Source of the DNA: a virus
Length of the DNA stretch: 64,000 nucleotides
Virus genome (UHGV): UHGV-1374678
Strand: one strand, 5' to 3'
The position numbers were made by a program, and so were the translations under genes. Positions 1 through 8,353 of this stretch are shown here, piece by piece (within the stretch, counting starts at the first letter, position 1; each line of letters starts with the position of its first letter). Under the pieces are notes generated by a model. It made no database searches, was not told where the DNA came from, and was given only the letters and a program-made list of their open reading frames with translations.

Positions 1-5
1 GAATT

Positions 6-212
6 GTGCTTGATTCATGCAAATCAGATAAGGAATACACTGTTTTGAATGAGAATGGATGTGTAGAAACGCTAAATGAAACTCAGATTTCATTAATCAA
101 TATTGACGATGGAAGAGTTAGTTTACATGTAGATTCTGCAAGTAAAAAGCTCAAAAGTTTAGTTTTATCATTACAGATGATTTCAGAGTTAGTAAATGAA
201 GATATTTGGTAA
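6..212 (+). CDS. hypothetical protein (upstream context missing at window edge)
   Basis: ORF from the track; no recognisable motif. Confidence 0.3.
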   Translation: MLDSCKSDKEYTVLNENGCVETLNETQISLINIDDGRVSLHVDSASKKLKSLVLSLQMISELVNEDIW

Positions 213-622
213 CAGAGAATAAACAAGTAAGAGATGTCCACGATGCAAATGACATTAAACTTATTGCACAGTGCTAACAAAAGAATAGAGATGATAGTTG
301 GTAGTGTCTACCATCTCCACTGAATTTCTTTTCCAACAACCGTTATTGCATTCGATTATCTAGTAACCGAAGACGAGATACCAGCTCGTACTTCTTAATA
401 CGGTTAAGCACTTTAAGCGGTTTCAGTTCCGCTTGGTACATGTCCTTAGCTGCTTTGCTTCCATTGGGCTGGACGAATTCAAAACTGCTTTCAAAGCAAA
501 TTCCTCCTTAGTCCATATAGGGACAGGAAGTATTATAACAGAACAAAGGACATGTATCAATAACTGATAGAGAATATATAAGTATAAAGTTTAAAGATTC
601 AAAGATTAAAGGAGAAAAGATT

Positions 623-1267
623 ATGAGTACAATTGAGAAAATGACAGTTCACAAAGCACTGGCAGAGTTAAAGATTATTGATTCTAGAATAGAGAGATCA
701 ATTGATGATGCACAGTTCTGTGTGGCAAACAAACATTCTAATGAAAAAATTAATGGTATTCCGGTTGAAGATGCTAAAAGGTTAATGGTTGGAAGTTATG
801 ACAAAGCATCTGATCTTATTAAAAGAAGAAACGCAATCAAGAGAGCAGTTGTTCTTTCTAACGCTAAGACAATTGTTGCGATTGCAGACAGAGAATATAC
901 AGTTGCAGAAGCTATTGAGATGAAAAATCATGGCATTGACTTTGAGGAACTTCTTTTAAATGAAATGAGATGTCAATACGCAGACGCTAATAGAACTATC
1001 TCAGCAGAAAATGGCGAAAAACTGAGCGAAAGAGCAGATAAATTTGTCATTGACATGTATGGATCAAAAGAGGGCAAAACAAATACTGCTGATTTTGAGA
1101 AAGCTAAGAAAGATTTTATCACAGCAAATTCTTATGACTTAGTTGATCCGCTTGGTATCAAGAAGAAGATTGATAAGCTAGAAGAATATATCTCAAATTT
1201 CAAGACAGAAGTAGATGCTGCATTGAGTGTTAGCAATGCTATTACAGAAATTACTGTAGAGTATTAG
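623..1267 (+). CDS. hypothetical phage protein
   Basis: 214-aa ORF with a strong RBS (AAAGGAGAAAAGATT) before the ATG; no motif recognised. Confidence 0.6.
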   Translation: MSTIEKMTVHKALAELKIIDSRIERSIDDAQFCVANKHSNEKINGIPVEDAKRLMVGSYDKASDLIKRRNAIKRAVVLSNAKTIVAIADREYTVAEAIEMKNHGIDFEELLLNEMRCQYADANRTISAENGEKLSERADKFVIDMYGSKEGKTNTADFEKAKKDFITANSYDLVDPLGIKKKIDKLEEYISNFKTEVDAALSVSNAITEITVEY

Positions 1268-2404
1268 AGAATATATAAATAGGAAATTATTTCACTGTTT
1301 GCTGAAAACTTAAAACTACAATCATTCAGACTTTTGCAAGTATAGCCTGAATAAAAACAATAAAGAAACTTGCAATATCCTAAAACATAAAAGGTAAGTA
1401 GAATATTAAGTAGAATATACAGATGAATGTTTAATGCACATTGTTAAACAGATAGCTGTAAAGAGTAAAGTTCAAATGTCAAGTAGTAAAACTCAAAATT
1501 CAAAGATTATGTTTTGTGTAAAGTTTAAATAGTAAATAGTAAAGATATAAAGTTTTATGAAATCTTCGATAACAGTTTTCAGTATGATTGTACTTGACTA
1601 TAAGTTGTCTGCGAAGCTGGTAAATGGTGAATTAATTATAAATGTCAACCTGCATAATAATATGCATAGTTATCGTGTGGGTTGACAAATAAGCACCCAA
1701 GGTGATGCGGTACGTTGCACCTGGCTTATATCCAGCGATTCTCCGTTCGACTCGGAGTGGGTGTACTGTATCTGAATATTCACAGAATGTGTTATTAATT
1801 TCCTTTCTTTCTATGAACATTCTAGTTCAGATACAATGTTTTTCATAACTTCCTTTTTGTTGGGTTGGCAACTTACCCTAGAGACAAAAAAGTTGCAAAT
1901 AAAAATATGGTGGATGACAGCAACGGAACGAAATTTGTTGTGCATGACAAATTCTAGTATGAGTAGGAACGCTGTGGTTGTAAGTGAAGTTGTTAAGAAG
2001 ATGCACATTCGAGGCAATGAATCTTATAAAGGTGGTTCGAATCCACCATCCATCTTTTAATTTCAAAACCTGTCGTTCAGCCTGTATGGTGAGCAAATTA
2101 TAAAATTGGAACACAAGCCTTAAATGAACGTAAAACAAAAGGAATCGAAGTACAAGATTCTGGAGTAGACCTAGACACAGTACCGTTATAAGATAGCTCA
2201 TAAACTGAAAAGATATATGTTTTTGAGTGAAAAAAGTAAGTAAAGAATGAAATACTGAAAATTCTTATGAAACAGAAATAGAAATCGCTCAAATTGCCAC
2301 GATGTTATGAAAGGTCATTGTGGAAATTCAATGGGCTGTGGTGAATAAGTAAACACATAGAGCTTTGACCTCTACATTAATGGGAGCGTTACCCATCAGC
2401 CTAG

Positions 2405-2431
2405 CTTGTGAGATTTTGGAACATCTCACAA
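2405..2431 (+). promoter_or_regulatory. perfect 9-bp inverted repeat hairpin (TTGTGAGAT-N8-ATCTCACAA)
   Basis: Read directly from the sequence; sits in the non-coding tRNA region. Confidence 0.4.
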
Positions 2432-2462
2432 ATAAAATTCTTTCATGGTATAAGTTTTTAAA

Positions 2463-2482
2463 GATGTGCAGAAATGCACATC
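2463..2482 (+). promoter_or_regulatory. 8-bp stem hairpin with GAAA tetraloop immediately 5' of tRNA-Leu
   Basis: GATGTGCA-GAAA-TGCACATC, perfect stem with a GNRA loop, 2 nt upstream of the tRNA. Confidence 0.45.
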
Positions 2483-2484
2483 GA

Positions 2485-2567
2485 GCTGGCATGGCGGAAT
2501 GGTAGACGCAATGGACTTAAAATCCATCGGTGGAAACACCATACGAGTTCAAGTCTCGTTGCCAGTA
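2485..2567 (+). tRNA. tRNA-Leu (anticodon TAA), type II with long variable arm
   Basis: Cloverleaf folded by eye: acceptor GCTGGCA/TGCCAGT, D-arm GCGGAATGGTAGACGC, anticodon loop CTTAAAA, long variable arm, T-arm CGAGTTCAAGTCTCG, discriminator A. Confidence 0.75.
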
Positions 2568-2726
2568 TTAGTCATATGAGACATTTTATTCCTTGAGCAA
2601 GAATGATGAAGTCGGTACAAGAGATTGCTCATTCTCTGTATTTTTCATTTGTGTGTTATGCGAGCAGCACGAATGACATATGGCATTACCCCCAACATAG
2701 GATATTTACATTTTACAAAAATGGTT

Positions 2727-2796
2727 TGGCTGTTAGCTCAGTTGGAAGAGCATCTATTGCAAGAGAGGGTCACAGGTTCGATTCCTGCACAGTCAA
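2727..2796 (+). tRNA. tRNA-like sequence; good acceptor, D-arm and T-arm but irregular anticodon arm (possible pseudo-tRNA)
   Basis: TGGCTGT acceptor pairs with ACAGTCA; D-arm TAGCTCAGTTGGAAGAGC; T-loop GGTTCGATTCC. Only 70 nt and the anticodon stem does not pair cleanly. Confidence 0.35.
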
Positions 2797-3071
2797 CTCG
2801 ACGCAGAAAACATTTGATTTTTGCATTCATGTTTTGCACGCCTCCTTTCTTAAAGTGCAAAGTAGGTTGTTAGTTTATTGGTAGAATATCTTATTGAAAA
2901 ATAATGTAATCCTGTTCTTTTCGCTTTCTTAACGATGTGACACATTATAATAAGAAGAAACACGTTCGATCCGTGTACAATCTATCAGTCTTGGTTGACT
3001 TTCCCACTTTCAAACGAAGACTCTAAATTCGGTAGTAAAGTGGAGAATATAATCATAGGTGGTGAAAAATT

Positions 3072-3293
3072 ATGAGATGTCCGTATTGTGACAAAGAAAT
3101 GATTAAGAAGTACAAAATTAAGCACTTCTGTAATTTCGATGATCCAAGAGATTCATGGGAGAAAGAGATACATATCTGTAATAAGTGTGGTATCAAGAAA
3201 GTAGTGGTAAATGGAAGATTCTACATAAGTATAGAAGACCATCAACCAATCAGATTCGCAGATGCAAGACTTTGGCTAAGATATATGACATAG
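3072..3293 (+). CDS. small zinc-ribbon protein (CxxC...CxxC)
   Basis: RBS AGGTGGTGA before the ATG; two CxxC pairs. Overlaps the alternative-frame ORF 3185..3412. Confidence 0.5.
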   Translation: MRCPYCDKEMIKKYKIKHFCNFDDPRDSWEKEIHICNKCGIKKVVVNGRFYISIEDHQPIRFADARLWLRYMT

Positions 3294-3412
3294 ATTTTGA
3301 GCCACTTCTTGCCAGACAGTGCAAGAGATTCATCACGAGAATGCTTAACAGATTACATAATCAGGATCATTGTTGCGATGAAGAACTCCATATCATTGGA
3401 GAGAATAAATAA
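3185..3412 (+). CDS. alternative-frame ORF (GTG start) overlapping 3072..3293; possibly the true 3' part of a frameshifted gene
   Basis: Cys/His-rich. Ends 19 nt before the next gene's RBS. Overlaps the previous ORF by 109 nt. Confidence 0.3.
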   Translation: MWYQESSGKWKILHKYRRPSTNQIRRCKTLAKIYDIDFEPLLARQCKRFITRMLNRLHNQDHCCDEELHIIGENK

Positions 3413-3430
3413 GAAAAGGAGATAAGCAAC

Positions 3431-3670
3431 ATGACAAGAGAAGAAAGAATGCAGAAAAGAAGAGACGCAGGTAAGGTTTACACTTACAAGAAGAATCCTT
3501 ATGAAAAAGGAACTAAAGAATGGGTTAAGGAAGAATGTGTGAGAGCAGAGAAAAGAAAATCTAAGAAACCACATTACGCTAAGATGACTTCTGTATTTGC
3601 TAAGTTGGACAATGAGCTTGCAAAAGCTGAACTTGCTGCAAAGAAGAAGTCCAAGAAAGAGAATAAATAA
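3431..3670 (+). CDS. small basic (K/R-rich) protein
   Basis: RBS AAAAGGAGATAAGCAAC ATG; lysine-rich 79 aa. Confidence 0.6.
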   Translation: MTREERMQKRRDAGKVYTYKKNPYEKGTKEWVKEECVRAEKRKSKKPHYAKMTSVFAKLDNELAKAELAAKKKSKKENK

Positions 3671-3862
3671 ATGAAAGAACCTTTCTTGAAAATTATTGGT
3701 ATTATCGGAATCTTCATTGTACTTCTTAGTTGGATTGTTACATGTGGATTTATAAAACTGATTACAATTTGCTTTGGGTGGACATTCAAATGGTCAATTG
3801 CAACTGGAATTTGGTTAATATTGTTATTGCTAGAAGCAACATTAAAACCTGAATCAAAATAG
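3671..3862 (+). CDS. small membrane protein with two predicted TM helices
   Basis: Hydrophobic 63 aa; its ATG overlaps the previous stop (TAAATG). Confidence 0.55.
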   Translation: MKEPFLKIIGIIGIFIVLLSWIVTCGFIKLITICFGWTFKWSIATGIWLILLLLEATLKPESK

Positions 3863-3874
3863 GAGAATAAGCCA

Positions 3875-4150
3875 ATGATAGAAATTATAGAAACTAATCT
3901 TGCTATAGATGAGAATAAAGATATTAGAGATCATCAGTCGAGAGTAGTTCTTGCAGATGATTGGGAATCTTATTGTGAAGCATACGAAAAGTATGACGGA
4001 TCAAGGGTGATATTCCCATCAAAGAATCCTGGTGCTAGTATCTATGAAGATAGAAATATAGAGGACTTGGAGCATGATGAGTATCATTTGTATTGCAGAA
4101 TAGTCAATGAGCATTTTACAGATACGAGACTTGCATACAAAATCAGTTGA
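3875..4150 (+). CDS. hypothetical acidic protein
   Basis: RBS AATAGGAGAATAAGCCA ATG. Confidence 0.55.
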   Translation: MIEIIETNLAIDENKDIRDHQSRVVLADDWESYCEAYEKYDGSRVIFPSKNPGASIYEDRNIEDLEHDEYHLYCRIVNEHFTDTRLAYKIS

Positions 4151-4182
4151 TGAAAACAAAGTTTCATTTGGAGAATAATATT

Positions 4183-4455
4183 ATGAAAAAGAAAATCGCA
4201 ATAATTATTGTTGCACTATCAATATGTGTTGGAATGGCAGGATGTTCTGGAAAAGCCAGAGATGGTAATTGTAATTTTACATATGTAGATAATGAGTATA
4301 TACATTTGATTACTGTTTGTGACAGAGATGATGGAAATATTATAGCTTATGATGAAAATACAAAAGTATTGTACTTATGTGTTTACGGATATTCTACAAT
4401 GGGAATTACGCCAATTTATAACTCAGACGGTTCTTTAAAACTGTATGAGAAATAA
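4183..4455 (+). CDS. putative lipoprotein (signal peptide plus lipobox-like VGMAGC)
   Basis: N-terminus MKKKIAIIIVALSICVGMAGCSG. RBS GGAGAATAATATT ATG at the internal ATG of ORF 4147..4455. Confidence 0.55.
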   Translation: MKKKIAIIIVALSICVGMAGCSGKARDGNCNFTYVDNEYIHLITVCDRDDGNIIAYDENTKVLYLCVYGYSTMGITPIYNSDGSLKLYEK

Positions 4456-4568
4456 TAAAATATGAGAATATCTTGTGTAAAAATGATAAGTGCATTTGCA
4501 AAACTGAGCATTAAAAACTGCAATGTAAAAGAAAAATAACAAAGATAAAAATAAGGAGAATAAACAAT

Positions 4569-4898
4569 ATGGACGTAATGACAAAAATGATGCTTGAAGA
4601 AGTACTCTCAGGAGAATCAGAAGACAATTCATTTGACGATATTATCAAAGGGTATATTAAAAAATATAAACCAACTGTATATATGGCATTCGATGAATTA
4701 GTTAAAGTTATGAAGGACTTCGTAAAGTATGATGACTATTACAAAGTAGTCGCAGAGAATAAAAGAAATATGTATGATGCATATGTGAAAATAGGATTCT
4801 CAGAAGATCAGGCAATGGCATTAATTCTTAACGACAATCTTCAGCTTATGAAATCTGTTCAGAAGATTAAAACAACAGCCAATTCAAGAAACAAATAA
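4569..4898 (+). CDS. hypothetical protein
   Basis: RBS AAGGAGAATAAACAAT ATG. Confidence 0.55.
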   Translation: MDVMTKMMLEEVLSGESEDNSFDDIIKGYIKKYKPTVYMAFDELVKVMKDFVKYDDYYKVVAENKRNMYDAYVKIGFSEDQAMALILNDNLQLMKSVQKIKTTANSRNK

Positions 4899-4910
4899 AG
4901 GAGATAAAAT

Positions 4911-5156
4911 ATGAATTTCGGTAAAGCTATTGAAGCATTAAAAGACGGTAAGAAGGTAACTCGTAAAGGTTGGAATGGGAAAGGAATGTATTTATTCCTG
5001 TGTTTTCCTGCATCAATTGAACCAAAAGCCGAGAATGTAGAGATTTATTCTGCCAGACAAAGTATTGCAATTCGAACAGTAGATAGTTCTATTGTTTTTG
5101 GGTGGAATCCTTCTCAGGAAGATATGCTTGCGGAAGATTGGGGTATTGTAGAATAA
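4911..5156 (+). CDS. DUF2829-like small protein (candidate Tad2-type anti-Thoeris sponge)
   Basis: N-terminal MNFGKAIEALKDGKKVTRKGWNGKGMYL matches, as I recall it, the DUF2829 signature (M.F..A...LK.GKKV.R.GWNG). 81 aa, typical size. Confidence 0.5.
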   Translation: MNFGKAIEALKDGKKVTRKGWNGKGMYLFLCFPASIEPKAENVEIYSARQSIAIRTVDSSIVFGWNPSQEDMLAEDWGIVE

Positions 5157-5416
5157 AATAATTTACTTCTGTTTATATAAATAAAAATATCAAAGAACCA
5201 AATCGGTTCACAATTCCAAATTAATCAAAATTAAATAGAGAATAAATATTTAGAGGTCGTACAGCGTGCCTTTGGTTTCTTGCACCATGAAATCGCTGTT
5301 TCATATAGATTCTTTACATAAATTTATTTTTGTGTTCCGTCCGGTTGGGCGTTTAGATAGATTGTTTTATTAACAATATTTACATAAATTTTTATTTTTA
5401 AGGAGGTCAAAATTTT

Positions 5417-6634
5417 ATGAATTTTGAAATGACAGGAAAATTAAGCATCGGTAAAGAGACAGAAAAATTCCATCCTTATACTGAGAAGACTTATCCATCA
5501 GGTTGGGTAAGAAAGCAGTTACTCTTTAATGTAACATGCGGAGATAACAGACACATGTTGACTGTTACAGCAGGTGCATTCTCCGATGGACACGGTGATA
5601 TCTATTCATTTACCAAAGGTGGAGTAGATGAGAATGGTAACAAAGTAAAAGGTGAATCTATTCAGATTCCATTTAAAGAAAGACTTACATCTCCTAAACT
5701 TGCCGAAATTGCAGAGTTTAAGAAATTCATCATTGATCTTGAGCAGCCAGGAAGAAGATATAAGCTTCAGAACATGGCGGACAAACTTCATGAGGGTAAA
5801 GAACTTACAGATGAAGAACTTAAAGAAGTTAGTCTTGAGTCAAAAGATGATGTTACAGCAGCTCTTGAGAAGAGCAATAAGAAGAGACATGAGTTTATTT
5901 CAGAATGGGACTACATCGACTTCATTAAGAAAGTAATTGATTCTGAGAAATATAAAGACAAGTTGTTCTTTATTCGTGGCAATGGTGAATATCAGTATTC
6001 AGATAACCAGCAGAAAGTATATGAGTCTTATATTCCTACAAGAATCTATCTTGCAGCAGATGACGCAGAACCGTCTTCAACAGCAACAATTAACATTATC
6101 TTCAATAGTGAAAGCCTTGATGAGATGAGCGTAGAGGAAAAAGGTAAGTATTATGTGAATGGTCATATGATGGAATACGATCAGAATCGTAAGGCTAATA
6201 TCCCTGTTCCAGTTACAATTGTAATTCCTGTTCCAGAAGATGATGAAAAAGGAAAGAAGAAAGCAGAAGCGTTTAAGCACAAATTTATGGTAGATGACGA
6301 TACTTATAAAGAGTATGGTGCGATTGTTAATATGCTTAATGGAGCGCAGAAAACAGAAATAACAGAGGATATGCTCACTGACGAGCAGCGAAAAGATTTG
6401 GATTTAGGGATTATTACAATGGATGATATTCGAGCCGAGATTGGTGGAAACGTATATGGTGATAGAATTCGTGAATATCAGCTTGTTAAACCTGCTCGTG
6501 GATTTACTAAAGGAAGACAGGATACGGTTTGGACTGACGAAGATATGATTATTAAACCTATCGAGGAAGCAATCCCAGATTCAGAAGACCTGTTTGAAGA
6601 TGAAGTTGTCGATGATGATGATGACATTCTGTAA
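5417..6634 (+). CDS. putative ssDNA-binding or annealing-partner protein with acidic C-terminal tail
   Basis: 405 aa ending EDEVVDDDDDIL (an SSB-like acidic tail with a terminal hydrophobic residue). Sits immediately upstream of the RecA-like Sak4 ATPase. Confidence 0.45.
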   Translation: MNFEMTGKLSIGKETEKFHPYTEKTYPSGWVRKQLLFNVTCGDNRHMLTVTAGAFSDGHGDIYSFTKGGVDENGNKVKGESIQIPFKERLTSPKLAEIAEFKKFIIDLEQPGRRYKLQNMADKLHEGKELTDEELKEVSLESKDDVTAALEKSNKKRHEFISEWDYIDFIKKVIDSEKYKDKLFFIRGNGEYQYSDNQQKVYESYIPTRIYLAADDAEPSSTATINIIFNSESLDEMSVEEKGKYYVNGHMMEYDQNRKANIPVPVTIVIPVPEDDEKGKKKAEAFKHKFMVDDDTYKEYGAIVNMLNGAQKTEITEDMLTDEQRKDLDLGIITMDDIRAEIGGNVYGDRIREYQLVKPARGFTKGRQDTVWTDEDMIIKPIEEAIPDSEDLFEDEVVDDDDDIL

Positions 6635-6705
6635 GTATGAGGGCTATATGCCCTTTTACGATTAAATATGACAACAAAAATATAATTTTAAAGGAGAATA
6701 TCCAT

Positions 6706-7839
6706 ATGGCATTTAAAAAACCTACAGTAAACGTAATTAAACCTGATATCAAAAATCTTTCAATCTATCTTAGAAGTACAAAGAAGTTTGGAAAATCAAC
6801 ACTTTTTAGAGATGTTATTCTTGCAAAATATGGAGATCCATCAAGAGGTCTTCTTGTAGGATGCGGCAATGAAATTGGATATAAAATGCTTGATAATCTG
6901 AACGTAACTCAGGTTGCTTCATACAAAGACATGGTAGAGCTTGAAAAATGGCTTATTGAAAAGAAAGGAATTGAACATAATATTGAGATTGTTGCATTCG
7001 ATACAGGAGATGAACTTGCACTTCTTGCAGATGCAGAAACTATCCGTCAATCAAATGTAGAGAATCCACAGAAAAAATGTAAATCAATTAAGGCAGCATT
7101 CGGAGGCTATACGGCAGGTGAAAAATATTCAGCAAACGACATTATTAAACCATATATGTCAAAACTTCAGGCTGCTGGATTTGGAGTATGGGTAATCGCA
7201 CATACCAAATTTAAGACAATCAAAGAAAAAGGTGGGCTTGATGAGGATGGTTATATGCAGTTATCTTCCAATATGGGAGCAGATTATGAAGCTGCTTTTG
7301 GAGATATCTTTGATGTAACACTTACTGGTGTTATTGATCGTGATTTAGAGGAAAAGAAAGTCGGAGATAAGACTAAGAAATATGCCACAGATGAAGTCAG
7401 AAAGCTTTATTTCCGTGGAACTACACTTATTGATGCAGGTGGAAGATTTGCAGACGGAGCAGTTCCAGAATATATGGTATTTGATAAGCCGGATATGGGA
7501 GCAGAGTTTGTAAGAGTTGTAGAGGAAGGTATGGAGAAATCCAAGACAGAACTTAGTAAAAGACCAAAGGCTACAACACCTGTAAACCCACCAACTCCGA
7601 CTGCACAGGAAGAAGAAGTTCCTTTTGCGGAAGACGATATTGATGACATCGACACGCCTACAACAGAAGAAGCATCTAGTGATTATCCAGAAGATCTTGA
7701 TGGAGTAATCAGAACAATGTTTAAAGAGTGTAAAGATGCAGACCTCAAAGCAAAGGTTAAGGCTGTAATTGCAGAGTATGGAAAACTTAATGATGTTGAC
7801 GAAGATGGTCTGAAAAAGATTTATGACATGATGAAATAG
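6706..7839 (+). CDS. RecA-like ATPase (Sak4 / AAA_24-type recombination protein)
   Basis: Walker A-like LRSTKKFGKSTLF; Walker B-like IVAFDTGDE. Internal ATG with RBS AAAGGAGAATATCCAT ATG preferred over the track start at 6637. Confidence 0.6.
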   Translation: MAFKKPTVNVIKPDIKNLSIYLRSTKKFGKSTLFRDVILAKYGDPSRGLLVGCGNEIGYKMLDNLNVTQVASYKDMVELEKWLIEKKGIEHNIEIVAFDTGDELALLADAETIRQSNVENPQKKCKSIKAAFGGYTAGEKYSANDIIKPYMSKLQAAGFGVWVIAHTKFKTIKEKGGLDEDGYMQLSSNMGADYEAAFGDIFDVTLTGVIDRDLEEKKVGDKTKKYATDEVRKLYFRGTTLIDAGGRFADGAVPEYMVFDKPDMGAEFVRVVEEGMEKSKTELSKRPKATTPVNPPTPTAQEEEVPFAEDDIDDIDTPTTEEASSDYPEDLDGVIRTMFKECKDADLKAKVKAVIAEYGKLNDVDEDGLKKIYDMMK

Positions 7840-7853
7840 GAGAATAAGTATTT

Positions 7854-8339
7854 ATGGCAAGAAAAGTTAAATGCCGTAAATGTGGTTCTCAAATAGATCA
7901 AAATACAGCTTTCAAAGTAGTAGTAGGTAAGGTTAATACCTACTACTGCAATGAAAAAGAATATGATTTAGTCCTTGCTGAAAGAAAAGTAAAGGATGAT
8001 ACATATGAATGCATTAATAAGATATTTGGATACATTATAACAAATACGGCTATATATAAAGAAATAAATGCTCTTGTAAAGGTGTACGGTTATGAACTTA
8101 TCCTGTCATATTTGCAGGAGAATTTTGACTATTTACATAATTTGATGAGTAGGGATTTTGAGAAAGAATACGGAAGAATCAGGTATTTTTCTGTTGTTCT
8201 AAGTAATAACCTTGCTGATTATAAGAAAGCTCAAGAAGTCAATGTGGAAGAGTCTGCTATCAGAGAAGTCGTAGTTGATATGCCAGAAATCCATTATAAA
8301 CGAAAAAATAAGCGCAGAGCATTAGACGAAATAGAATAG
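7854..8339 (+). CDS. zinc-finger protein (CxxC...C), possible replication accessory
   Basis: N-terminal CRKCGS...YYC; lies between the recombinase and the helicase. Confidence 0.55.
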   Translation: MARKVKCRKCGSQIDQNTAFKVVVGKVNTYYCNEKEYDLVLAERKVKDDTYECINKIFGYIITNTAIYKEINALVKVYGYELILSYLQENFDYLHNLMSRDFEKEYGRIRYFSVVLSNNLADYKKAQEVNVEESAIREVVVDMPEIHYKRKNKRRALDEIE

Positions 8340-8353
8340 GCGGTACGATAGAT

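Noticed and set aside
83-280. ORF 83..280 -
   Set aside because: Antisense to ORF 6..212, no RBS, Cys/Ile-rich junk-like composition.
2031-2055. GGTGGTTCGAATCCACC T-arm-like hairpin plus a putative acceptor, considered as the 3' half of a tRNA
   Set aside because: No upstream sequence can pair as acceptor or anticodon arm. Kept only as a finding (a tRNA-like terminator or decayed tRNA).
1632-2292. Five track ORFs (1632..1820 -, 1811..2017 -, 1836..2060 +, 1878..2201 -, 2098..2292 -) in the tRNA region
   Set aside because: They overlap each other and the tRNA-like hairpins, have no RBS and have low-complexity or odd composition. This is a non-coding RNA region.
2603-2884. ORFs 2603..2884 + and 2625..2873 +
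   Set aside because: They overlap the tRNA-like sequence at 2727..2796 and each other. There is no RBS.
3353-3789. ORFs 3353..3574 - and 3574..3789 -
   Set aside because: Antisense to well-supported + strand genes carrying RBSs.
5606-6280. ORFs 5606..5791 -, 5652..5936 +, 5937..6128 + and 6077..6280 - inside the 405-aa gene
   Set aside because: Internal or alternative-frame ORFs within a long, well-supported CDS.
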